Source: Aureispira sp. (GTDB lineage: Bacteria; Bacteroidota; Bacteroidia; Chitinophagales; Saprospiraceae). Taken from it: a DNA stretch of 29,968 nucleotides. Of this stretch, positions 17,396 to 26,633 are shown piece by piece; position 1 is the stretch's first letter; every line of letters begins with the position of its first letter. The position numbers and the translations under genes are program-made. Under the pieces are notes generated by a model. It worked only from the letters and a program-made list of their open reading frames with translations, did not search any database and was not told the origin of the DNA. The DNA is taken from assembly GCA_024222455.1 (NCBI GenBank), contig JAAEPD010000521.1:1-29968 (forward strand), in the 5' to 3' direction.

Positions 17396-20300
17396 TTATC
17401 GAACAATTGTCACTGTTCCTTTATAAGGTACAGGATTATCAAAACCAGGGAATGTCACTAATATTACATAGTAATAAGTAGCATCAGCTACATTTTGGCC
17501 ATTGTTTGTTCCATCCCAAGTACCATCATAATTGGTAGCTTTAAATACCAATTGTCCCCATCTATTATAAACTTCTACTTCGTTGTCATATAAAGTCAAA
17601 CATGGGATTTCCCAGAAATCATTGACTCCATCTTTGTTTGGTGTGAAACCAGCATGTTGAGGTACACAACGTCCAACTGGAATTGGAACTGAAACAGTAT
17701 CACTACAACCATAATTATCAGTTACTTCTAACAAATAAGTAGTTGTCTCCAATGGTTGAGTTGTAGTACTTGCAGCAGTAGGATCAACAACCCAAGTTGT
17801 TGGAGTCCAAACATAAAATAAATTGTTACCAACACTTGCACTACCATCTAGTGTAGCAATCTGCCCTAAGAGCAATTCACTTGCAGCATCTGTAGTAGCA
17901 ACAGCATCTACAGTATTAAATGTAGCACCTAATGTAGCTGTATTACAAGTCAAAGCATCTGTAGCAGAAACAGACCAAACATCTCCATCTTCTAAATTGA
18001 TAGTATGCACTCCTGAAACATTATTAGCATCCACTAAATATGGTGCACTAGTTCCATTGATGGTTACCGTAATAATATAGTCAGCACTACCCGCAGTCAA
18101 CGCAGGTAAACCTCCAGTCAAGGTAATATCCAATTCTGCATTACCAACACTATCACAGTCATAAGTATAAGTCCCTGTTCCACCATTGATTGCTACATTG
18201 GTATATCCAGGATCATTACACAAGTTACCACAAGTAGAAGGTGTCCATGCAAAAGAACCAGCAGTACTGTCTTCACAGTTGCCATCAGAAACAACAACAA
18301 CCCAGCTGTCACCATCTGTTACTTGGAAAGTATAAGCTACTGTGTCATTTATTTGACCAGCTACAGGTATTTGATAACCACTGTTTCCAGTTGGGCCTAT
18401 AATTGTTACTAAGTAATTAGAAGCATCAAAGCTTGGCTGACCTCCAGACAAGGAAATAGTGATATCTGCTGTTTTGTCAATATTACAAGTATAATTTCCA
18501 GCTGTTACACCAATATTTGCTAAGGCACAAACATTAGGACAGTTGGCTGCATTAAACACATACGCCCCAGTTTCACTATCTGTACAGTTAGACTGATCTG
18601 ATACCGTTATAGTCCAATTATCTCCATCCTCTACTGTAAAGGTGTACTGTACACTGTTGCCAACTACTCCAGCAACCTGTGCATTCGATACATTACCCCC
18701 TGTACTTGCTGTAGATCCTGTAACAGTTACATCATAATTAGATGCATCGTAAGAAGGCTGTCCACCAGCAATAGTTACCGCCACAGAAGCAGAACCATCA
18801 CCATTACAGGTATAAGTATAAGGACCCACTACCAATGGATCTAATAAACAAATGTTACAGTTCGTTGCATTGTAATTGTATGTAGCAGAAGCCGTATCTA
18901 CACAGCCACTAGAGTCTGTTGCGACTACTTGCCATGTATCTCCATCATTAACAGAGAATTGGAAAGCTCCAGCTCCTTGTACATAAGAACCATTAGCTCC
19001 AGCAAAATTAGACCCCGAAACTACAATAGACTGATAGTTGCCTGTTGCAGCAGCCTGTCCACCTGATATATATAGTGTTACTAATGCTGTTCCATTAGCG
19101 CTACAAGTATAAACCGTGCTATCTATTGGATCTGGTAAGATTTGAACAGGATTAGGGCCACAAGGATCACAATCTTGCAAATAATTGAATGTTCCAGTTG
19201 CAGTATCAGCACAAGCATTAGAGTCTATGGCAACAACCTGCCAGTTATCTCCATCACCTACACTAAACTGGAAGGCACCTGTACCTTGTACATAAGTACC
19301 GTTGCCACCAACTGTAGAACCCGTAACTGTTATAGATTGGAAGTTTCCACCATTAGCTCCAGCTGCTCCACCTATTAAGTATAAAGTAACTGTTGCTGTA
19401 GTAGCTGGTGTATTACAAGTATAAACACTACTATTGACTGGATCAGGTAATATTTCTACTGGCATCATTGCACATGGATCACAATCCGTCAAGAAATCGT
19501 AAGCATCACTAAGTGTATCTGCACACATTGCAGTGTCAGTCACTATCATTTGCCAGTTATCTCCATCATTAACAATGAATGAGAAAGTAGATGTACCTCC
19601 TACAACTCCAGGAAGTGTTGCATTAGTATAATTTTGTCCAAATACAGTAGAACCCGCTACATTAACAGTATAGTTACTACCATCATTGGTAGGAGCACCT
19701 CCGCTTACAGTTACTTCCACTATAGAAATACCACTAGCCTGACAATTGTAACTATAGTTGGCAATTACAGGATTAACAGCACAGTAATCTGGACAGTTTG
19801 TTAAGTTATATGTAAATGTATGTGAAGCAGTATCAGCACAAGCATTAATATCGCCTGCTATAACTTGCCATGTATCTCCATCTCCTACAGTAAATGAGAA
19901 TGGGGTTGGAGCAGCACCGTTATTATCAGTTACATTGTATGTTGTATTTTGTCCAGGAATTGTAGAACCTGAAACATTTACAATATAATCACCACCTGTT
20001 GTACTTGGCTGACCTCCTGTCAAGAAGATAGTCACCAATGCAGAATCACCACCAGGCAAACAAGTATAAACACTGCTGTCTATTGGATCAGGAGTAATAA
20101 ATACAGGATTGTTTTTACAAGGATTCAAACAAGTTGCTGCATTGATCGATATAGTAACACCACAACCTGAATTATCGAAAATTTCTACAGTATATACATC
20201 AGCTGTTGGTACAGAAACAGACTGTACAACACCATTACCCATTGTTCCCATACTAATTGTATCACCGATAGTATTGGTTACTACCCATGTAAAGTCAGAA

Positions 20301-23092
20301 CCATTGTACGCAGGTTCTCCACCACTAGCAGAGAATCCAATCACACAATTGTTAGGATCATAAGTTTGTGTAGTTGTTATTTGTTGTAAGAATACAACTG
20401 GTGCACCATTTTCGATACTAGCACTTGGACAAATCAATTGTCCCCAATCGCTAGCTCTATCTGCCATCGCTGTTACGTGATAAACGGTATTAAATTGAGG
20501 ATTTCCGAAAGATCCACTACCATTACCATCGTTCACAAAATGGTGAGGTCCCAAAAATACAGAATCTAAATAACCAAAGTTACCATTGATAATAGAATCT
20601 GGTAATGGTGGAATGCTATCATGGATAACATATCCTAAACCCATACAATCAGGAATCTTACTAGTAGTTAATCCTAACCCGTCAAACATTACACTAGGAA
20701 GGATAGTATCATTATAACAAATGAATGCAGTATCCATGCTGTTGTAATTAATAGTATCTCCATGCTGAGTTGTATAGCGAGAATCACCTGCATAAACTTC
20801 TTCTTCGTTGATATACTCTATAATATACTGCCCTTGATCACCAGGCGAACCACCATCCAATTGGATAACATAAGTTTGTCCAGGATTCAAGCAACATAAA
20901 TCAACAGTAGAACCATTGAAACCAGTACTACCAAAAGCAATTGGTGTAACCTGCTGTGTACCCTGAGTACCATCTTCAGTATAAGTAGCACCTCCTATAG
21001 TTGTTGGACTCAATCCACCATAGCAAGTATCACCACCTAAAAGTTCATACACAGAATAGTTCAATGTATCTAATCCAATATAAGCACGCAAACGCATCTC
21101 AATAACACCAGAAGGTGGGGCTACAAAGTAATGCCAAACCGTTTGGTTAGCTCTATTACTATCTACAGTATGAGAGAATGGCTCACCTGCCAATGTCTCT
21201 ATACAAGCATTTTCGTTAGTACCTGCTACAGAACCAAAAGTTAATGGCGGTTGACCAATCAACTGTACAGGCACCTCATAGATAGAATCTGAATTTGTTA
21301 AACACAAAATATCATTACCTGGAGGGTTTTGAGTAGGATCAGCAATACTAGGATCATAAGCCCATACTTCAGCTTCATTAGCTAAAGAAACGCCTTGAGG
21401 ATCAACCATACCATAGTAAGTATAGCCTGGCTCCAAACAACGTCTCTCTATAATAGCTGTTTTATTAGAACTCAAAATACCAGTTCCACCTTCTACATCT
21501 TCCAGTTGTGTCAAGTTAGCACAAGACATATCTGCTGGAGTACCAGGAGCAAATCTAGCATCATAAGCATAAAAAGCTAAGTTTTCGGTCTCATTCAAAG
21601 GACCAGCATCTAAATCGCCTTCTAAATAGATACGTCCACTAGGCCCTGCTGTAAACTGAAACCACATACTACCATTCAACCCATTTCCATTAGGAGAGGT
21701 ATAAGTATAAGCTACATAGTCCTGAGCATTGTTTCCTGTAAATGGAGCATCAATTTCTTCATCACTAACTCTATCTGTAGTCAACTGTGTTGATTCTGGT
21801 AATCCATTAGCTTCTGTACGTACAGTAGTAGATTGTGCATCTGCTGTAATATCTGTACCTTGACAAGGTATGTCTACGCCATCAAATGGGCTACCACCAA
21901 TATCTTCTATTCTGATACCAATGTACCCTCTTTCGTTAGCATCATCTGTGGTCAACTGTATATAATAAGTTTCCCCTGCTATTAAGGCATGACCATCACG
22001 TATACTTGGTGCAACATTAAGTACATCACCAAAATGTGCTGTAGCCTCAGCACTTGGATTGATAACAGGAATATCATCATCGGCATGACCTTGGTAAGAA
22101 AGGTAATCGAATTTGTTTTTGATAGGTGTTGGCCCTACATATCCAATATAATTATTGAATCCTGCCAAACAACCTAATCCATCAGCTGCATGGTATAATG
22201 CTAGCTCTGTTCCAAACTCAGTAGTTGCTACATCTGTTTCAATGGTCACTTGACCACTGGCAGGCGCTACAAAATAGAACCAAGCAGAACCATGTCCACC
22301 ATTAGCTACACTATTAAATTCTGGCTCATCACCATTAGCATCCATAGTTAAAGGACCACACCAAGCAAAAGCTTGAGTAGTATTATTAACAGGTATCTGT
22401 ATAGCATTACAAATATCATCTTCGGCTACATTCACAGATAAAGCTAAACGAGTAACCTCAAATGTAATTTCATAATCTTGTGGACAACCACCATCTGTAC
22501 TACTCAACATTCTAGTGATAGGTCCACTAGTACCAGGTGCAGCAGGAACAGGAATATTGAAAGCTTCTATAATTGTTTCTCCATCCATACCTCCAATACC
22601 ACCATTGTAAGATTGTGTTAAATCATCATTATCATAAGCAATCCACCGCATATTCATGACCGTAGGTACATCTGAGGCACAAGGGTACTCATGATTAAAA
22701 AATAATCCATTCCCTGGAATATATTCAGCATCGCCTGAATTAAGAAAGCAAGTACCTCCAATATTAGGGCCTCCTGGAACTAATGTAAATGCTCCATTAT
22801 TATTATCAACATAGGCATGATTAAAATCACCACCTAATCGACCATTCACTAATCCAAAAAGATTAGCTGAAGAATTATTATTGGTTTTTCCAATAGTGTT
22901 ATCTGTTGCTTGAAACTCCCATGTAAAATCACTCTCACAGGTAGCAAACCCATCACAATCTTCATTTTTAGTAACTTCTACAGATGTTACTCTCACTTGG
23001 ACAATAGCTTGCCCATAGCTACTATTCAGTGCAAAAATCATTAATACACAGGCTAAACAGCCACGTGCTAATGTGTAAGTAGTTCTTAACAT
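17396..23092 (-). CDS. giant cell-surface adhesin-like protein (1898 aa) with ~7 tandem ~100-aa Cys-framed beta-rich repeats and a gliding-motility-associated (type B, CHU_C) T9SS C-terminal domain
   Basis: N-terminal signal peptide. The C-terminus carries the TIGR04131-type motif GFTPNKDGVNDFWEIP...YNRWGQLVF. Internal repeats are of the form C..NPV.ILPDP.DS.VYTC...V.GS...G.NG.YVQG.GAFQFSV.DGD.WQVVA.DS..CADT. The paired porP/sprF gene follows. Confidence 0.88.
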   Translation of the reverse strand: MLRTTYTLARGCLACVLMIFALNSSYGQAIVQVRVTSVEVTKNEDCDGFATCESDFTWEFQATDNTIGKTNNNSSANLFGLVNGRLGGDFNHAYVDNNNGAFTLVPGGPNIGGTCFLNSGDAEYIPGNGLFFNHEYPCASDVPTVMNMRWIAYDNDDLTQSYNGGIGGMDGETIIEAFNIPVPAAPGTSGPITRMLSSTDGGCPQDYEITFEVTRLALSVNVAEDDICNAIQIPVNNTTQAFAWCGPLTMDANGDEPEFNSVANGGHGSAWFYFVAPASGQVTIETDVATTEFGTELALYHAADGLGCLAGFNNYIGYVGPTPIKNKFDYLSYQGHADDDIPVINPSAEATAHFGDVLNVAPSIRDGHALIAGETYYIQLTTDDANERGYIGIRIEDIGGSPFDGVDIPCQGTDITADAQSTTVRTEANGLPESTQLTTDRVSDEEIDAPFTGNNAQDYVAYTYTSPNGNGLNGSMWFQFTAGPSGRIYLEGDLDAGPLNETENLAFYAYDARFAPGTPADMSCANLTQLEDVEGGTGILSSNKTAIIERRCLEPGYTYYGMVDPQGVSLANEAEVWAYDPSIADPTQNPPGNDILCLTNSDSIYEVPVQLIGQPPLTFGSVAGTNENACIETLAGEPFSHTVDSNRANQTVWHYFVAPPSGVIEMRLRAYIGLDTLNYSVYELLGGDTCYGGLSPTTIGGATYTEDGTQGTQQVTPIAFGSTGFNGSTVDLCCLNPGQTYVIQLDGGSPGDQGQYIIEYINEEEVYAGDSRYTTQHGDTINYNSMDTAFICYNDTILPSVMFDGLGLTTSKIPDCMGLGYVIHDSIPPLPDSIINGNFGYLDSVFLGPHHFVNDGNGSGSFGNPQFNTVYHVTAMADRASDWGQLICPSASIENGAPVVFLQQITTTQTYDPNNCVIGFSASGGEPAYNGSDFTWVVTNTIGDTISMGTMGNGVVQSVSVPTADVYTVEIFDNSGCGVTISINAATCLNPCKNNPVFITPDPIDSSVYTCLPGGDSALVTIFLTGGQPSTTGGDYIVNVSGSTIPGQNTTYNVTDNNGAAPTPFSFTVGDGDTWQVIAGDINACADTASHTFTYNLTNCPDYCAVNPVIANYSYNCQASGISIVEVTVSGGAPTNDGSNYTVNVAGSTVFGQNYTNATLPGVVGGTSTFSFIVNDGDNWQMIVTDTAMCADTLSDAYDFLTDCDPCAMMPVEILPDPVNSSVYTCNTPATTATVTLYLIGGAAGANGGNFQSITVTGSTVGGNGTYVQGTGAFQFSVGDGDNWQVVAIDSNACADTATGTFNYLQDCDPCGPNPVQILPDPIDSTVYTCSANGTALVTLYISGGQAAATGNYQSIVVSGSNFAGANGSYVQGAGAFQFSVNDGDTWQVVATDSSGCVDTASATYNYNATNCNICLLDPLVVGPYTYTCNGDGSASVAVTIAGGQPSYDASNYDVTVTGSTASTGGNVSNAQVAGVVGNSVQYTFTVEDGDNWTITVSDQSNCTDSETGAYVFNAANCPNVCALANIGVTAGNYTCNIDKTADITISLSGGQPSFDASNYLVTIIGPTGNSGYQIPVAGQINDTVAYTFQVTDGDSWVVVVSDGNCEDSTAGSFAWTPSTCGNLCNDPGYTNVAINGGTGTYTYDCDSVGNAELDITLTGGLPALTAGSADYIITVTINGTSAPYLVDANNVSGVHTINLEDGDVWSVSATDALTCNTATLGATFNTVDAVATTDAASELLLGQIATLDGSASVGNNLFYVWTPTTWVVDPTAASTTTQPLETTTYLLEVTDNYGCSDTVSVPIPVGRCVPQHAGFTPNKDGVNDFWEIPCLTLYDNEVEVYNRWGQLVFKATNYDGTWDGTNNGQNVADATYYYVILVTFPGFDNPVPYKGTVTIVR
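17930..20040 (-). repeat. intragenic tandem coding repeats, ~7 copies of ~300 nt, diverged
   Basis: The protein-level repeats of the adhesin are visible at the nucleotide level as diverged tandem copies, e.g. the ...ccttgtacataagtaccgtt / ...ccttgtacataagaaccatt blocks. Coordinates are approximate. Confidence 0.6.
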
Positions 23093-23319
23093 AAATTAGT
23101 AAGTTTTATAGATTTCTAGTATAAAGGTTTATAGTTCATTAAATTATCTACTTTTGGGCCTAAAAAAATAGGCCTTCATAGAACATTAATAGGCGAATTT
23201 AGGAAAAAATTAACATTAGTCCGTATGAATAAGGTCATTTTTAAATATAGTCCATGTATTCACTTTAGTTTTTATCTATTTTTATTACCTTTCATTTTCT
23301 ACAGAACTAAACTATTTAC

Positions 23320-23345
23320 TTGAATCAAGAATATTCTTGATTCAA
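23320..23345 (+). promoter_or_regulatory. perfect 26-bp palindrome TTGAATCAAGAAT|ATTCTTGATTCAA, 14 nt upstream of the SIR2-CHAT start codon
   Basis: Read directly from the sequence. The reverse complement equals the sequence itself over all 26 nt. The position overlaps the translation-initiation region of the 23359 gene and lies in the divergent intergenic region shared with the adhesin gene. Confidence 0.6.
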
Positions 23346-23358
23346 AACTTAATACTAT

Positions 23359-24876
23359 ATGAATCCATCTACTTGGCGTCACTTCTATAAGAGTTTACAC
23401 AAAAACTCTTGTATTTTAATCTTGGGGCCCCGCATCGCAACTTTCTTAGGAGAGTCAGGGGAAGAACAAATAGATCAAGCTTTTTCTAGACAACTCTCTA
23501 AAGAGATTGAAGATAAAAACAATGCAAGTACTACTGCAAACAAAATATCTTTTGATTCCTCCCAAAGAGATAACTTACCTTATGCCTCTATGCGCTGGAC
23601 CAAAGGGCTAAGAATGAAGGATACAATTCTTAGAGAAGAGTTGTGTAGTTTCTTTGATAACTCAGTGAGTAGGCCTCCTAAAATTTATAAAGATTTAGCC
23701 AAGCTCCCTTTCTCTCTAGTTATTAATACTAGCCCTGATGAGTATATGCATCAAGCATTTATGCGAGTAGGCAAAGAGGCAGAACAACTTCATTACAACT
23801 ATCAACGAAATCAAGCGTCTTTAACTCCTGAAATAAGCATTGATAAGCCTGTGGTTTACAACCTTTTTGGAACAATAGAAGAAACAGAATCCTTGGTTAT
23901 TACGAAAGAAGATCAGGTCAATTTCATCAATAATCTGCTTGGAAATACCTCTACCCTTCCAAATGAGATCTTGCAACATTTTGACGAACATAAAACTTAC
24001 TTATTCTTAGGTTTTGACAGTAATGATTGGCATCTTCCTCTCCTATTTAGGAGTTTGCGCTTGCACAAAGAAAAAGAAATGTCCTTTTATTTACATGACA
24101 GTCCTATAAAAGCAGCTACTAAAGATTTTTATATAGACTCCTTTGACTTTCAGTTTGTATCAAATGATGAAAATACATTTGTACATGATTTAGCTCAAGG
24201 ATATATTGAATGGGAAGAGAGCCAAAAAGGAAAATCTAGCAATACTAATGAAAGTTCAAAACCAAGCTATATCACTTCTCCACAACCAGGAGTAAAAGGA
24301 AAAGTAAATATATTAATGATGACAGCGAACCCTAAGGATACAGCTGCAATAGAACTCAATGACGAAATAGATGTCATTGAGGAAGTACATATGCGAGGCA
24401 CAGAACGTAGTAAGTTCTTTTTCAAGCCTATTCTAAATACTAAAAAAGCTCGTTTATTAGAATTACTTCTACGACACAATCCTCAAATCGTGCATTTTTC
24501 GGGGCATGGTACGGGTCGGGCTGGATTGGTTTTTTATGGAGAATCGGGCAGTGCAGATATGGTTCAAGGGCCAGAGTTAGCTAACCTATTCAAACAATTC
24601 AATACCCAAATTAGCTGTGTCATTCTCAATGCTTGTTACTCTGAAGAACAAGCCCAAGTTATGGCTCAATATATTCCTAATGTAATTGGAACCAATAACG
24701 CAATTGATGACCAAGTTGCCATCAAATTTACAGAAGGATTTTACACCGCAATTTTTGCAGGCAAAAATTATGAAGACTCCTTTAATTTGGGAATAGCTCA
24801 TGTAGGCTTGCACAGTTTTCCAGAAGGTGGTCGTCCTGTATTTTATAAAGATGGTAAAAAAATAGATGCAGCATAA
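23359..24876 (+). CDS. SIR2-like (SIR2_2/DHS-like NAD-binding fold) domain fused to a C-terminal CHAT caspase-like peptidase domain
   Basis: 505 aa. N-terminal half has SIR2_2-like blocks: ILILGPRIATFLG (Rossmann start), LVINTSPDEY (TTNYD-like), VVYNLFGTIEETESLVITKEDQV (KLHGS...lvlTeedY-like) and YLFLGFDSNDWHL (lFiGySl.D-like). C-terminal CHAT: PQIVHFSGHGTGRAGLVF (His) and CVILNACYSEEQAQ (Cys). The stop overlaps the start of the next gene (TAATG). Confidence 0.8.
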   Translation: MNPSTWRHFYKSLHKNSCILILGPRIATFLGESGEEQIDQAFSRQLSKEIEDKNNASTTANKISFDSSQRDNLPYASMRWTKGLRMKDTILREELCSFFDNSVSRPPKIYKDLAKLPFSLVINTSPDEYMHQAFMRVGKEAEQLHYNYQRNQASLTPEISIDKPVVYNLFGTIEETESLVITKEDQVNFINNLLGNTSTLPNEILQHFDEHKTYLFLGFDSNDWHLPLLFRSLRLHKEKEMSFYLHDSPIKAATKDFYIDSFDFQFVSNDENTFVHDLAQGYIEWEESQKGKSSNTNESSKPSYITSPQPGVKGKVNILMMTANPKDTAAIELNDEIDVIEEVHMRGTERSKFFFKPILNTKKARLLELLLRHNPQIVHFSGHGTGRAGLVFYGESGSADMVQGPELANLFKQFNTQISCVILNACYSEEQAQVMAQYIPNVIGTNNAIDDQVAIKFTEGFYTAIFAGKNYEDSFNLGIAHVGLHSFPEGGRPVFYKDGKKIDAA

Positions 24877-26633
24877 TGAGTCAACAACATAAACATAATC
24901 GTTATCCTGGTATTCGCTCTTTTGAGCAGTACGAAAGTGCCCTGTTTTTTGGAAGACGCCAAGAAACTCGCGAGCTTTATAGCCTCATAAAAGTAGAACA
25001 ATTTGTAGTTCTTTTTTCTAAATCAGGATTGGGAAAAACATCCTTGCTTAATGCAGGGGTTTTACCATTATTAGAACAAGAAGAATATAGTTCTGTTAAG
25101 GTGCGTTTTCAGAACAAAGGAGTCTCACCTTTAAATATGCTGTGGAATGCTGTCAAAAGCAGAATGGAAGAACTGCAGATAGACTCCATGGTAAACCAAC
25201 GAATAAAAGCTTGGTGTGGAAACCGCCCCCCTAGTCTTTGGGAATATTTCAAAGCTTGTTCTATGGTAATGAATTATTTGCCAGCTGTTCCTATTCTAAT
25301 TTTAGATCAATTTGAGGAGTTTTTTATACACTCAAAGAAAGATCAATCCATATTGATTCAGCTCTTAGCTGATATTATCTTTGGACGTGTACCCACAGAT
25401 GTTCAGAAAACCCTAAAAGAAAAAAAGGCTCCAAGCGCCCGAGATGAACAATGGACAGAACCGCTTAACTGGAAATTAGTATTTGCTATCCGATCTGACC
25501 GCTTGAGTATGTTGGATAATTTGAGTGCTCAGATACCTCCCATTCTGAGCAATCGCTATCAATTGCATCCGCTTAGCAAAAGAAAAGCTGAGGAAGCTAT
25601 TTTACTCCCTGCTCAATCTGGCGCTTATGATTTTGCATCTGATAAATTTAATTACTCTGATGATGCTTTAGATGATATTATTAATAATCTGAGTAACGAA
25701 AAAGGAGAAATTGAGTCTTTTCAACTACAAATCATCTGTGGGCATTTAGAGGATATTGTAATTCAAAAGCAGCTAAAAACGGTTGAAGTTCATCATATTG
25801 GTGGAGCTGATGGCATCAAACAAATTCTAAATAACTACTATCGAAATCGAATAGATTCTATAGGTACTGCCGAAGAGCAACAACTAGCTACCAAACTCAT
25901 TGAGGAAGGCTTAATTGTAGATGGTGCAAGAGTTAGTCTTGCTGAATCTATTGTAACAAGTCGATATAATATAACAGATTCTTTATTGAGTAAGTTACTA
26001 GCTACTCGTTTAATAAAACCAGAAAACACGCATTTAGGCAAGGCTTACGAGGTTTCACATGATACACTAGTTGCACCAATTCTCACCTCTTTTAAGCAAC
26101 GTAAACTAGAGGAAGAACGACTACAACGTGCCCAAGAAAAAAAGGAGCAAGAAGAAAAATTAGCAGCTCAACAAGCTGAATTAGAAGAAGAACAACGTCG
26201 TCGTCGTCAGGCCAACCGTAGAACAACCATAGCTGTAGGATTTGCAATACTTGCCTTGATTGCTTCTATTGCGGCATATATACTCTGGACAAAGGCCGAG
26301 ACTGCTACTGAAGCAGCTGTAAATGCAGTAAAAAATAGAGAGGCACAACTCAGGGTATCAGATAGTTTAAGAATAGTTTCAGATAACGCAAGAATAGAGG
26401 CTGAAAGAAGTCTTAAGGATTATCATTTAGCAGAGGTAAAGCGTCTTAACACTAAAATTAATATGATGAATAGTTCAAGTCAGTTTAAGGCAGAAAAAGA
26501 GTTGCATACGAAGCGTTTAGTCTTTATCGAAAAAGTGCTCAAAAACTCTACCACTACACCTGAAGAACAACAAGAAATGGAAGCCTTGCAAAAACAAGCA
26601 GTTGCTCGTCTTGAAGAACTTAAGGATTATTAA
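24876..26633 (+). CDS. STAND-class P-loop NTPase with a C-terminal coiled coil, one TM helix and a further coiled-coil tail
   Basis: 585 aa. FFGRRQETRELYSLI...VVLFSKSGLGKTSLLNAG is the Walker A element with the preceding FxGR motif typical of STAND/AAA_16-like NTPases. PILILDQFEEFF is Walker B (hhhhDQFEE). LVFAIRSDRL is a sensor-like motif. Then comes a K/E/Q-rich coiled coil, the TM helix TIAVGFAILALIASIAAYILW and a ~115-aa C-terminal coiled coil. Translationally coupled to the upstream SIR2-CHAT gene. Confidence 0.8.
   Translation: MSQQHKHNRYPGIRSFEQYESALFFGRRQETRELYSLIKVEQFVVLFSKSGLGKTSLLNAGVLPLLEQEEYSSVKVRFQNKGVSPLNMLWNAVKSRMEELQIDSMVNQRIKAWCGNRPPSLWEYFKACSMVMNYLPAVPILILDQFEEFFIHSKKDQSILIQLLADIIFGRVPTDVQKTLKEKKAPSARDEQWTEPLNWKLVFAIRSDRLSMLDNLSAQIPPILSNRYQLHPLSKRKAEEAILLPAQSGAYDFASDKFNYSDDALDDIINNLSNEKGEIESFQLQIICGHLEDIVIQKQLKTVEVHHIGGADGIKQILNNYYRNRIDSIGTAEEQQLATKLIEEGLIVDGARVSLAESIVTSRYNITDSLLSKLLATRLIKPENTHLGKAYEVSHDTLVAPILTSFKQRKLEEERLQRAQEKKEQEEKLAAQQAELEEEQRRRRQANRRTTIAVGFAILALIASIAAYILWTKAETATEAAVNAVKNREAQLRVSDSLRIVSDNARIEAERSLKDYHLAEVKRLNTKINMMNSSSQFKAEKELHTKRLVFIEKVLKNSTTTPEEQQEMEALQKQAVARLEELKDY

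Noticed and set aside
17823-22177. Several 60-85 aa plus-strand ORFs inside the giant adhesin gene (17823-18080, 19142-19378, 20109-20363, 21395-21580, 21989-22177)
   Set aside because: They are antisense to a 5.7-kb gene with clear protein-level conservation and have low-complexity S/T/I-rich translations. They are spurious.
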